A stretch of 64,000 bases of DNA from Lama glama. Taxonomy: Eukaryota. Below the pieces are notes generated by a model. It saw nothing but the letters and a program-made list of their open reading frames with translations, ran no database searches and was not told the origin of the DNA. Made by a program: the position numbers and the translations under genes. Positions 50,930 through 62,620 of this stretch are shown piece by piece (within the stretch, counting starts at the first letter, position 1; every line of letters starts with the position of its first letter). The stretch is from the NCBI GenBank assembly GCA_028534125.1, contig CM052816.1, positions 30,134,001 to 30,198,000 on the forward strand. Reading direction: 5' to 3'.

Positions 50930-51640
50930 CATCATTCATTCTTCTTTACTTCATCCAATAAATATTTACCTAGTCCTTGAACAAATATTTTAACAGTATC
51001 TACTTACTTTTTGCTAGGTATGCAGGACCAAACAAATCAGACCACATTTCACCCTCAAGCAAATCACTTCAGATGGAAGGAGAGAGAAACTAAATAGATG
51101 AGTAAACGTATATAGTTTGCCATGTGCTGGTAAGCACTGTGGAAAAGACTGCAGCAGGAAGGGGGAGAGGACACACTAAGAGGGAGAAGAAGGGAGTATT
51201 GTGGTGTAAGTTGAATGTCAAAGAAGAGCTTTGTGAAAAGATGCTATCAGAGGAAGAATTCAGAGCAGGTAAGGGGACAAACCATGTGTGTATGTGGAAC
51301 AAAATCGGTCCAAGGAGAGGAGATCAGTGCAAAGGCATGGAGGTGGAAGTGTGCCTAATGAGTTCCTGGAATAGCAGGGAGGCCAGTGTGGCAAAGCAGC
51401 TTGGGCAGGAGGAGGCAGAGGATTAGGCAAGGCAAGAAGGACCAGATGGAGCAACTGGGGATGGAGGCCAGATGATTAGATCTCTGAGGAAAGAAGACAC
51501 CGGCAGATTTTGACTAGGGGAGTGAGATGTTCTTGTGTTTTAGCAGGATCACTCTGTTGTTGTGTTCAGAATGAGAATGGAGGGTAGGGGCAAAAATGGA
51601 AGAAGATGACAGATTGGGTGGCTGTGTCATTATTGCCATT
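50930..51640 (-). mobile_element. L2 fragment including 3' end
   Basis: 'cattcattcttctttacttcatccaataaatatttacc...aaaggcatggaggtggaagtgtgcc...gaatagcagggaggccagtgtggc'. Confidence 0.85.
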
Positions 51641-53069
51641 ACTCATTGCACAATCATGGTGCCCCTTGCATGTCCCAAGATTTGCTTGCCATCCTTGAGT
51701 CATTCTCACTACTGAATGATTTAGCCTGTGTACATGGAAGGTATTTGTTAATGTTTTTTTTTACCAGATCTCTTTCTTTTCTATTGAGATTGTAAACCTC
51801 CTCTTAGTAGAACTTTAAATCTTCTGAATATGTTTTGTTTTACTAAGACTTACTAAGGATAGCACAAATAACACTTGCAAAACATCTCAGGACTAAGCTA
51901 AGTATGGTGAGCATTCTGCAGCTAAAGACCAAAGTACAGATCTACAAAGATCCTAAAATTCCAGACACTAATGTTAATGCCATCTCTAGGAAGTGGGCAG
52001 ACTGACACACTTTTTTGGTAGAGTAAAACCAATATAATTTGGTTGGTATCTGTGAAAATATGTCAGTTGAAAATTGAAATAGAGCAGATGCTGTCCACAT
52101 TCTCATCAATCCACAAGTGTATAATTACACCTGTATATGTTTTTTTAACTGACACGTTCACTGTGATGTTTATTTGCTGTCCCCAGATTTTTACTTGCCA
52201 CTCTTTGAAAGTGGACTGTACAGGTCTCTCTCTCTAATCTCTTAATAGGCGCCAGATTTCTCAAAGCTCATTTCTCATCATGTTCCTGCATATCTGACTG
52301 AAGGGTTTATGTCAAGCTTTTCTGCTAAAGAACAGGGAAAGCAAAAAACATGAAGTGGGAAGTTCTTTTGCTTATTCTCAAAGGGTTGTTTATCTGAAGT
52401 TAAAAGAATAGAAATAGACTTGAAAGCAACTCTTAGGCTATCAATTTTTTGCAAGAAAAACCTTAACTATATAGCATATGGTGTAAGAAGAAGAGTTAGA
52501 AATACATGAAGGAAAAAAAATGAGTCCGTATGAAATAAAAGACAACACCAAAACTTAGAGCCCAATTTTCATATCCACTGGATAATAGAAGGAATATGTC
52601 ATATGTGCTCAGAAATGATTAGGATTTACCTTCCAGAGGCTGTATGACCTCATTGTTCCAAGGAATCCAGAGAACTACTGACAAGCCCATTAATTCTTCC
52701 TAGCCAAGTACTTCCAAACTGCAGTGGATGTAGCGACTCCCCTCCCTGGACATAGGGAAGCTGCCCCTTGTCTTGCTCTCCTGAGGGAGAGCCCTCTTTG
52801 TTCCTGTCTGAGTTATTGTACAGCTGCTGGCTGGAGGGGAGAGGGAAAGAATAACATCCAGTGCAAAACAAAGGGTAATAAGTCAGGAATCTCCGGAAAC
52901 AGAATTGCTGGATATTAATGAGAAGACATAGCAGAAGTGGATTCTGACATTTAGGTGACATGCATGAAATGAGAATAGTATTAAGAAACACGTGGGCAAG
53001 CCAGCTTTCAGATGCTCCTGAATTTGGTTTCTCATTTAGGTTGTCTGCTATTTGTCCTCTGCTGCTAAT

Positions 53070-54080
53070 AATATTTTCAAAATGGAGGTAGATTTTAAAA
53101 TATAAAGTACGAATGTCTGATATAAAAGTTGTGACAAACCAAAAATATGTGAAAATTAAATTCTCTCCCGATTCTCATAACTTTACTCCTCAGAGACAAC
53201 CATTACTAATATATGTGTATTTGCAAATATCTTACCAAGACATATAATTCATCCATAAATACACTACACACTACATATGTTAAATTATGAACTCGTAGTT
53301 TCCTCAACATCACAGCGTCTTCCCGTGTCCATTTCTTATTCATTATATTGGCTGCAATGGTACCTCTTATATAAAAGTACTGTAAAATTTTTTTTCTTTT
53401 TTTCTTGAAGTATAGTCAGTTGACAGTGTTGTGTCAGTTTCTGGTGTACAGCATAATGTTTCAGTCATGCTATAATGAATTTTTAACCCACCCACTGCTG
53501 CTGTTTGAAAGTTGCTGCCCACATTTTTTCACGTAAACAGCATTACAGTGAACATTATTGAATTTGTATCTTTGCTCTTGTCTATGATTTCTTTTTTAGG
53601 TTAAGTTCAGAGAATATACATTTTAATTTGGATAACACTTCATTTTGTCCTCTAAAAAAACACTAAGTTGCAGTCTCACCAGAATAGAGTTCATGAGATT
53701 ACCTTTTTTTTCTGTATCAAAACCAACATTGAAGTTTGTCATGATGTACTGGAGGTATGAAGATTAAAGGACTGACATTTCATTGCTATTTTAATTTAAT
53801 GTATTCCATTAGTGAGATTAAACGAACTTTTATTGTCTGTTGGTCATTGTATACTTTTCCGAGACTTACTCATTCACATATTTTACCCATTTTTCTAATC
53901 ATGTGTTCATTATAAAACCTACTTTCCAGAATTTTTCTCTTTTTATTAATTGCTCCATCAGTCTTTCCATTCATGGACTTGAGTAATATTTTGGAGGGCT
54001 CTTCCTGCCCCTAGTTTATACAAAACAATCTGTCTCTGGTGTTCTTGTGCCCTATTTTTACTTATAAATTTACTTAAAGC
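53070..54080 (-). mobile_element. L1ME-like fragment containing a short younger L1 tail
   Basis: 'ctcagagacaaccattactaat...ttacagtgaacattattg...ttacccattttttcta'. Confidence 0.7.
53388..53468 (-). mobile_element. Extremely 5'-truncated young L1 3' end
   Basis: Poly-T plus 'ttgaagtatagtcagttgacagtgttgtgtcagtttctggtgtacagcataatgtttcagtcat'. Confidence 0.85.
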
Positions 54081-54589
54081 CTACTTACAAATTATTCTTG
54101 CCTGGTCTTTAATCCTAAATTCCAGAGAGAACTCTAGCAATGGTGCTAGACTTTTGATAAGGCTTCTGTTTCCGTATTTAGTTTGGCTTAAATAATTTAA
54201 AATATATTGACCAGGTTTTATTTTTCCCTCCTAATATAACACCTAAATATCAACCATCACTAGAGACCATAAAGCTAGTCCATAACACATCTGCAAGTGT
54301 CAAAAAGAAAGGAGTGGAAAGACAGGAAGGGAGCATTCGGTGCAAATATGCCCTGGAACTGATCAGCTGCCCAGGTCTAAGAAGCTAGGACGCAGCTGCC
54401 CGGCTTCCACCAGAGAGAAAAGACCAAGAAGAAAGGAAAAAAAAAAAAAAAAAAAGCCTGGGGCTTCTCCTGGAGGAAGCAGCCTGGGTTATTACCTTAT
54501 CTTTGCCAGAATCCTGGTTAGAATAAAGAAAAAGAAACAGAGAGATCTAGGGCTTCTCTGCCCAGAGGCAGGCTCTTAGCATCTTACGT

Positions 54590-54900
54590 TGATGAGACTC
54601 AGTCATTTCATGCAAATGTATCAAAAGCCTGTTCTGATGAGTAATGGTCTAGGTGCGGTAGCTGCAAGAGCAGGCAAAACAAGAGTTTTAGTCATGCAGA
54701 GTTTATATTCTCACGAAGTAGACAGACACTTCCTAGTATGTGTGAATACAATATAATGTGCTCAATAATGGAAGGTTTATGGAGATAGTGATATGTGTGA
54801 GAAAGAAAAACGTGTCAGGGAGAAGGATACGAAGGGTTGCCTGGGTGCTGTTTGGTCAGGGAAAGACTCACTGAACAGGGACGTTTACTTGAAACCTTAT
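54590..54900 (-). mobile_element. L2 fragment
   Basis: 'tcatttcatgcaaatgtatcaaaagcctgttctg...ggtcagggaaagactcactgaacagggacgttt'. Confidence 0.7.
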
Positions 54901-56939
54901 AACCTCATGGTTTTCCAGTTAGGTGACCTGACATATGGCTGCATCTTGAACACATCACGTATGTGATGTCATAGTATTTTTGCTTAAAATTTGCTTCCTT
55001 CTGTTGGCTCAGAAAATTTTGAGAATGATGAAGAGCATTCAGATCATGTATTTCTCAGACTGAAAAAACAGTATTTTTCTGGAGCTGTTTATAAGACAAA
55101 AACGTCAAAAATACCAGTGTTAACCTGTAAAACTCTGAATGATGGTTAAAGTCCTGTCCACTGCTTTACTTGGAGGACAGTCATACGGGGCTTACAAATT
55201 ATGAGGTTTTTATCTATATTTTTACATAGAAGTACTAGGAGAAGTATTTACTAAGTTAGTGATTTAATTTTATGAAAATGAAAGGACAGTTAATATACTT
55301 TAGGAAAGATATGTGTAGCTACTAAACCAGAATAAAAAAATAGGAAGAGCAAGAGAACCTAAGAAAGTTCTTTCCTCTCAAATATCTTCTCTGTCAGCCA
55401 GCAGGGGTCCCATGCACTGTTGATTTCTACCTGGAAAAAATGCGGACACAATTAGGAGAGGATGACTTCAGCCTATGTCCATGAAAGAAGTTATTGTAAC
55501 TTGTGATTTAAGATCCCAGGGAGCATGAATACCAGCTCAGAATCATTTCACATTTACTACTGTGGGTGAGTATTAGTGACAGATCAATCAATCCTGAGAG
55601 TTGATTTGTGGTAGAAAGCAAGGGAAAGAAAACAGAATTACATAGACAGAGGCTAGATAGGCGTCCAAAATAAACCTTTTCATATTTTTGTAAAGGATTT
55701 TAAGCATAAATTATATTGCATCTTAATTCCAGAGTCCAAAATACTGCCATTTTTATTCTAGGAAATCTGCTGGAAGAAAAGTGTATCCAATATCCTATAG
55801 CTGAGCCTGCATATTGTAAAAGGAAGAGAGAAAAATTAGGGTGGAGGGGAAGGGAAGGAAGAGAAATACGGAGAACCATGAGAAATAGGAAACTTTCTGT
55901 AGTCATGTGAAAAAGCAGGAATCAAATAGAAAAACAAGTTCTCAAGTGGTGAGAAGTACATGTAAATGAATAATTAAAGTGAGGATGCTGATAAAAACAA
56001 AATCCTCATTTTTTAATAGAAAATCAAGCCCAAAGGACTATTTCAATACAGTTCCTTAGCATTTTGTTGTCATAACAATCTAGTATAGAAAATAAGCATG
56101 GCTATATCCGTTTTACAAAAGAGACGTATACATATATTTACTCACAGTTTAGTCACACATATATGTATATGCACACATATGTGTCAGTCTGTCATCAATG
56201 ATCTATAAAATGATAGCCTCCTCTCATAGTATATTAGTAACAAAAGCAAAATGAAAACCCTCTTCTTATCATTTTGAGAATAGATTGCAGACTGAGTATC
56301 AACTCATCTGCTTATCCTTGCAGAGAAGAAAGCTGAGCCCAGGGAGGCCAGAGCTAGCATAACCAGCAGTGTCGGATTGGGCCACCAGGTGGATTGCTCT
56401 TCAGCTAGTTTTTGGTCCTTTATGCTGACGTAGAAAACCTTGCTGAGAATAACCTACTTCATGGACTAGAGGCTAGTGCCCCGAGAAGCTCGCTTCCTCT
56501 TGCAGCCAGGGAGAACAGTGGGATCTGATTGAGCGTATAGTTTAAATGCAGCAGCTCTTGCCCATCCCACTCTCCTGAGTCATCTTCCATCTGTGGTTTC
56601 TGGGCCCATCTCTGCAAAATAGTGCTCTGTGCAGAAATAGACCCTGAATGGGTGAGAGAGAAGCACAGCTAACCGTTTCCTGTGGTTAGTGAGTCTGGCT
56701 CTTCAGTACTTTCTCTGATACTGAGACTAGAAGTACAAGGAGAAAATTTTGCTGTCCTTGAAAACTTCACGAGCAGGGGGAAGAAACTGCCCTTTGATGT
56801 CCTGATATATAGGAGTATCATTCATTAGGTCTCTCCACCCGCTGCCCCTCTCTCTTACATACCAGAAAGTCATTATAAATGAACCTATGTTAATATCCAC
56901 TTTTTTGTGTCTTACATTCACCTTCAGTATTCACTTTGC

Positions 56940-57750
56940 ATTGTTTTTATGTCTGTCATCTGTAGGGAAGTGAGGACACATAGAAATACATATGTAATGC
57001 AGGCGAAGGCTCAATGAATATAAAAGCAACCCCAGAAGCAGCCAATATCATAGATTTAGTATATATCATTTCATTTCATTTCATTCTACACATAGAGGAA
57101 TGCATTCATAAACAATCCAAGAGTATTATTTTTGCTATATTTTTATACTGCCACAAATCAATAGTTCATTTTACATTTTGCAGCATTTTGCTTTTGAGAT
57201 GCAGCCATATTCTCTCTGCTTTATGCTGTTCCGTCCTGAGATTAGGCCCTGTCATACCAGTGTCTTTATTCATTTTTCTGTCTATGCATTGAAGTGATTC
57301 CTTTGCTTTTTCTGTTAAAGAGAAGTGCTTCTTTGTATATGTCTCTTTGTCTATGTGTGTAAGAGGTCTGTTAGGCATGCATGAAGATGTGCAGTACTGA
57401 GCTGTGTGACATACAGTTACTTGAATTCACTGGTGAGTGCCAGTTGTCCTCTTAAGTGACTGGATCTGTGTGTGGTGCTTCTAGCTGTGTCTGAGAGAAC
57501 CATTTTCCCCCCTAAATTTTCCCAATGCTTGACATTATCAGATATACCACTTTGGTTTTTTTTTTTTTTTTACCATTTCAGTAAATGAAGTGAAATGTGG
57601 TTGTATTAATAATTAATTTCTTCAATAATTAGGTTGGATGACTGTTCATAATTTATTGACTGTTCTGGTTTCCACTTTTCATTTCTTTTCCACCTGACTA
57701 TTTTCCTTATTGATTTGTAGCTGTTCTTTACAAAGTCTGCAATCTAGAGG
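56940..57750 (-). mobile_element. L1ME-like fragment
   Basis: 'ttttgagatgcagccata...gccagttgtcctcttaagtgactggatc...ccttattgatttgtagctgttcttta'. Confidence 0.7.
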
Positions 57751-58389
57751 AGTTAAGGATAAATCTTAACGTTTTCGGCCTGAGAAACTAGAAAAAGGAG
57801 TTGCTATTTACTGCCAAGAATGGGGTTTAGCTTTTTTCTTTAAAAAAAAAAAAGTACATCAATTTATTAGAATAGTGATGAGACAGTATCAAATAGATTT
57901 CTTCAGTCTTCTATAGAGTAATTCTTTTCAGAAAGCAGCAATAATTATGGTTGGCTCTGAAAGCCAAGAACGGTGTAGTTTCTGGGTCCTTCTCAGCCTG
58001 GGATGAAGCTAGTTCCATTTGGCCAGCAACACTGTTGGTGTCATGAGTCACATCAGTGATGAAAAAGGGACCAGCTGACGTAGCCACCTCCACCTCTCCT
58101 GTAGATCTTCCTTTCTCCTGGTGGCCTTGGGCCAGCGTTAGGGAGGAATGTGGCTTTGTCCAGGGGTGAGTCTCACAGCAGTTACAAACGTCAGTGTTAC
58201 CCTCTAGAGGGTACTGCACATTGTTAGTTTTGCTGAAGAATCTGGTTCAGCTGCTGTTCCAGTAGCTTTTGAATGGTGTGTGATACAGATCAGATTGCAA
58301 ATGTCATCAAAATCTAAATGCATTAACTCTGAACTAAAGGGTTGAATACTAATTGTTTGGCTGTGAGATGTAATACTGTCTTACATTAA

Positions 58390-60630
58390 TCACTTGTATT
58401 TTCACCTTGCTTACAGTGAGCTTTAATGTTTAGAATTGCATTGGTTTAATGTAATCAAATTTATTATCATTTTCTCTAGGGTATATGCTTTAAAAATCTT
58501 ACCTAAAATCTTTTCTACCTGAGTTCTTAAAGTCTATTCTAAATTTAAATTCTAGATTTAAAGTTTGTTGTTTACTTTTTTAAAAAAAATTCATTTATTA
58601 AAAAGATTATCTTTTCTCCATTGAGTTATAGCACAATATTGAGTAAGAGTGGTTAGAGGGGCTATCCTTGTATTATTCCTGATTTTAGGAAAAAAGCACT
58701 TAGTTTCTCAACATGAATGTTGAGATGTTCTTTATTAAGTTGAGGAAGTTCCCCCCCTCTGCTCCTAGTTTTCTTGTAGTTTTTATCATGAATGGATATT
58801 GGATTTTGTTCAGTGCTTTTTATGCATCTATTCATATGATTGTGTGATTTTTCTTTAGTCAGTTGATGTGATGGGTTATATTAATTCATTTCTGAAGACT
58901 GAACTAGCTTTGCATACCTGTGATAAATTGCATGTGGTCATAGTGTATAATCTTTCTTTTTTACACTTTAATTTGGTAATAATTTGTTGAGGACTTTTGC
59001 ATTTATGTTCATGAGGGATATCTGTTTGTAGTTTTTATTTTATTTTATTTTCACATCTTTGTTTTTGGAACTCGGGTAATGCTGACCTCATAGATTGAGT
59101 TAGGAAGTCCCTGCTTCTAGTTTCTGAAAGAGATTATACAGAATTGATACCATTCCTTCCTTAAATGTTTGGTAGATTTTATTTTTATATTCTTTTTTTT
59201 TCCATTCTCCCTTTGGGGAGGAATTTTTATTCTTCCTGAAGTGTGTCTTTTAGTAATCCTTTCAGTACATGTTTGTATGTAGACGTTCTTAGGGATACCT
59301 TATGTCTGAAAATGTCTTCATTTTATTTTCATGCCTGTTCGTTGGGACTTTAGGTTGATAAATGTATTTCCTTGGCACCCTGACAATATTATTATTCTAC
59401 TGTCATCTCATTTCTGTTTTGATGGTTAGTCTGCTATCTATTTTGAATGAGCCTTTGTTCATTCTGATGGGTCTGGTCCTCAAGTTTCTGAGTATTGCTT
59501 TTTTTTACCCATGTGGAAAGTGTTAAGAATTTTTTGCTAATAATTTTTGTGTTTAGGTATAATGTATAAAAAGTCATCTTCCAATTCAAGAAGTACTTTT
59601 AGTCTGAAGAATTATATTTTTAATTATTAAGCGTTTTTATCCTGTAATTGTATATTTTTCTCCCATTCTATTACTTCCTTCTGGAATTTCTACTTATTCT
59701 CTTTTTCTTACCTTCTTTTTCATACTTTTTTTTTCAATCTCTTTATAACTTTCTGCTACTCTTTGAGAGACTTGTGACTTGTTATTTCATTGTTGTAATT
59801 TCTTCATCATCTCTACAGTTTTAGTTATTGAATGTTTTATTTCAGTGAGTATATTCAATGTATTTTTTCTTTATTATTGATAACTGCTTGCCTTTTTTTC
59901 TCTTTTTATGGATTCCATTTTTGCCCTCTTGAAACACTCAGTTTAAAAATCCCTTTCAGATTGTTCTCTAATCTAGTTCTTTGATATTAAATTTCCTGGT
60001 TTATTGCTCCTGTGGACTCTATTTTGTGTTGTTAATGTGTAATTTTCTTCCATAGGTATACTCTGGAGCATTTCCTCATTCCCTCTGCAGGTGGCCCTGA
60101 AGATTTCATGAGATCTGAACCAATATTTAGATTTGGTTTTCAGTTAAAGAGTTCAGTAATCGAAGGTTGGGTCACTTTAACCCCCCACCTCACCCCCACA
60201 TCGATAGCTGCATGTACTTACAATTCTTATTTGGCATGAGGAGGGCATTCTCTTTTTCCACACATGTCCACACACGTTTCAACCTGCTAGAATGTGGCTG
60301 CTGAAAAGAAAATTTCAGGTCACCATTCACTTAAATAATAGCCATTTCCTAGGCCCCAGCTTTATATAGGAAGCCAAGTGCTACCTCCCTGGCTAGAGTA
60401 ATGAGACCTCCTGTTGTCTTTCAAGATTGGCTTAAAACCTCAGCCCCCAGGGCATGTATCTAGTCCCCTTTCTCCGAGGTTCACGTAGCTTCAGCGCTTG
60501 CTGGGTGTCTGGTACATGGATAGTTTCCTCCTTTACCTTCAAGCTTGGCTGTGTATTTCCCCCAAACAGCCTTAATTGAGAAGAGATGGATATACCTGTG
60601 TGTGCTCAGTTCATCGTATTGACTGCAAAT
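58390..60630 (-). mobile_element. Old L1M fragments (ORF2 to 5' region)
   Basis: 'aatattgagtaagagtggttagaggggctatccttgtattattcctgatttta...gaactagctttgcatacctg...ttttgcatttatgttcatgagggata'; right boundary uncertain. Confidence 0.75.
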
Positions 60631-61229
60631 TCAAGAAACTATTATTTTCTGGGAAAACAAAACAGAACTTTTAAAGTGAAGCTTATGTGCCTAGTGGTTA
60701 CTACTGAAGTTTCGGCGATCCTTTGGAGTGAATGTCTTTGTGATTCTCAGTTGTAACTCTTCTTTTTCCAATTACTGTCTCTGTGTTTAGCCCAGTAGTT
60801 AAAAAAGAAGATTCCTCTAGTTGCCCCTGTCAGTTTTCCTGCTAGGTGTAACTGGAATATTGGATGATTTTTCTCTCTAGTTTTCATTTTCCTATAAAGT
60901 TGCTGTTCTGTTAAAGGGACCTTCTGGACACGTACAGGCACCCTCACTAATTAACTTTTTGTGCTTTGAATTTTAATGAGACTATCAGGCATATTACAGG
61001 CAAATCTGAGTGATCACTACATCGTTTAAAAGCAACCTCCATTGTCAAACAGTTGCATTTTTTCTTGTCTTATAGATTAAAAACATAACTAAAAATACAG
61101 TTACACCCTCATAACTGAAAATAGTTACACCTTCTAATACCACTGCAGATCTCGCAATGGGTACTCAGGTAGAAGAGTGAACAAAATAAAACTTGCCCAG
61201 TACCTTCATGGAGTTTATACCATGTAATG

Positions 61230-61400
61230 AAAGGATGGGCAAACTATGGCCAGAAGCTGCTAGAACATAGCCACACCCAATTTGTTTACTTATTGGCTCC
61301 AGATACTTTCTCCCTCCCAGGGCAAAACTGAGTATTTGAAACAAAGACATATGCCCAGCAAAATATAATGTTTACTGTCAAGTTCTTTATGGAAAAGGTA
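61230..61400 (+). mobile_element. hAT-Charlie MITE (MER58A-like)
   Basis: 'ggcaaactatggcc...gaacatagccacacccaatttgtttacttattg...aatgtttactgtcaagttctttatggaaaagg'. Confidence 0.75.
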
Positions 61401-62620
61401 TAACAGAAGACAAAGACCTTAAACAATTAAATACAAAACTTCCACTAAATAGTCTCTGAGAGGGAAGTGTAGAGGGTCTCAGAGCATAAACATGGGAAGT
61501 ATGTCTTGTGTGAGGGGACACGGCAAAGACATTTGATCTAACAGACACGCAGGAATATGTGAGACATACATGTTAGAGGAGGGAGGAGAAGAGGTTCACC
61601 AGAGCATTTGGGACAAGGAGACAGCGTGCGGAAGGGGTAGGTGTAGCACAGTGCAGGAGCAGAAAGGAAGATGCTGTATCTGAAACAGAGAAGGTTAGAG
61701 TGGCACAAGATGAAGCTGGAGAGGTGGACAAGGGCCACATCACACAAAGGTGGTTTGTTTTGATGAAACAAAAGTTTTTTAAGGCAAGGCAAGAAAATGT
61801 TTAAATATAAAATTCTTTCTCTGTCCATTTGAGCCACTACCCTTTCCCGCTTCGTGTGCACTGTGTATTTGCATCATACATTAACCAGATCCCCTCGGAA
61901 GACACAGGAATGCCTACTCACCAAAAATAGAAACAAAACAATTTTTGGCTTGAGCCACCAAATTGACTCCTTAGCAGATAACATTTCTCTTTCGATCCTG
62001 TAAGGGGTCGGGATGACCCACTACTCTCCTCGTTGGATTATGTAAACTGTCAGCATGTTACTTTGAGGTGTATAACCCTTTGTCTCAAAAATGTGTATTA
62101 CTGTTCTTTGACTGCTTATAGATGGAACAGTCCTCAGAGCTTTCCTCCCAGGTTATAACCCGCAGGTGGGTGAAAAAAATTTTTACCATTTCTTTGTTAG
62201 ACTGACTGATTTTTCATTAACAGTTTTCATTAGTGTTGTAGATACCTTCTTAGGAACAATGAGAAGCCATTGAAGGCTTTTCAAGCAAAAAGGGGCAGTT
62301 AGTGTATTGTGATTTTCCACGTGAGACCTGGACTTGGGTAATGAACAAGAAGGTGACATAGTAGATGGATTTAATTGGATGTGGGTGTTTTGGGAAATGA
62401 AGAAATCACTATGACTTTGAGGCTTCCACATCAGACTGTCACTTAGTAAGACGGTGGATACAGGGAGAGGGCCAGGATGGGGTGGAAGAGTTCATAAGTT
62501 AAATTTTAGAGGTATGTTGATTTTGAGGTGTGTGTAGTATCAGCAGCTGGTTAGGCTGATCTGGAGCCAAGAAGAGAGACAGTTATGGGTATGAAAGTGG
62601 TAATTTAAGCTAGTTAATTT
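61401..62620 (-). mobile_element. L2 fragment split by a solo LTR
   Basis: 'gatgaagctggagaggtggacaagggccacatcacac' resumes after the LTR as 'aatgagaagccattgaaggcttttcaagca'. Confidence 0.8.
61761..62222 (+). mobile_element. ERV1-type solo LTR with exact 4-bp TSD
   Basis: TG...CA termini (TGATGAAA...TTAACA); GTTT at 61757-61760 and 62223-62226. Confidence 0.9.

Noticed and set aside
54340..54579. ORF with a poly-Lys, NLS-like run
   Set aside because: Derived from a genomic poly-A tract; non-ATG start and no splice support
56382..56392. CTCF-like core CCACCAGGTGG
   Set aside because: Followed by AT rather than the strongly preferred C(G/A), so not supportable from sequence alone
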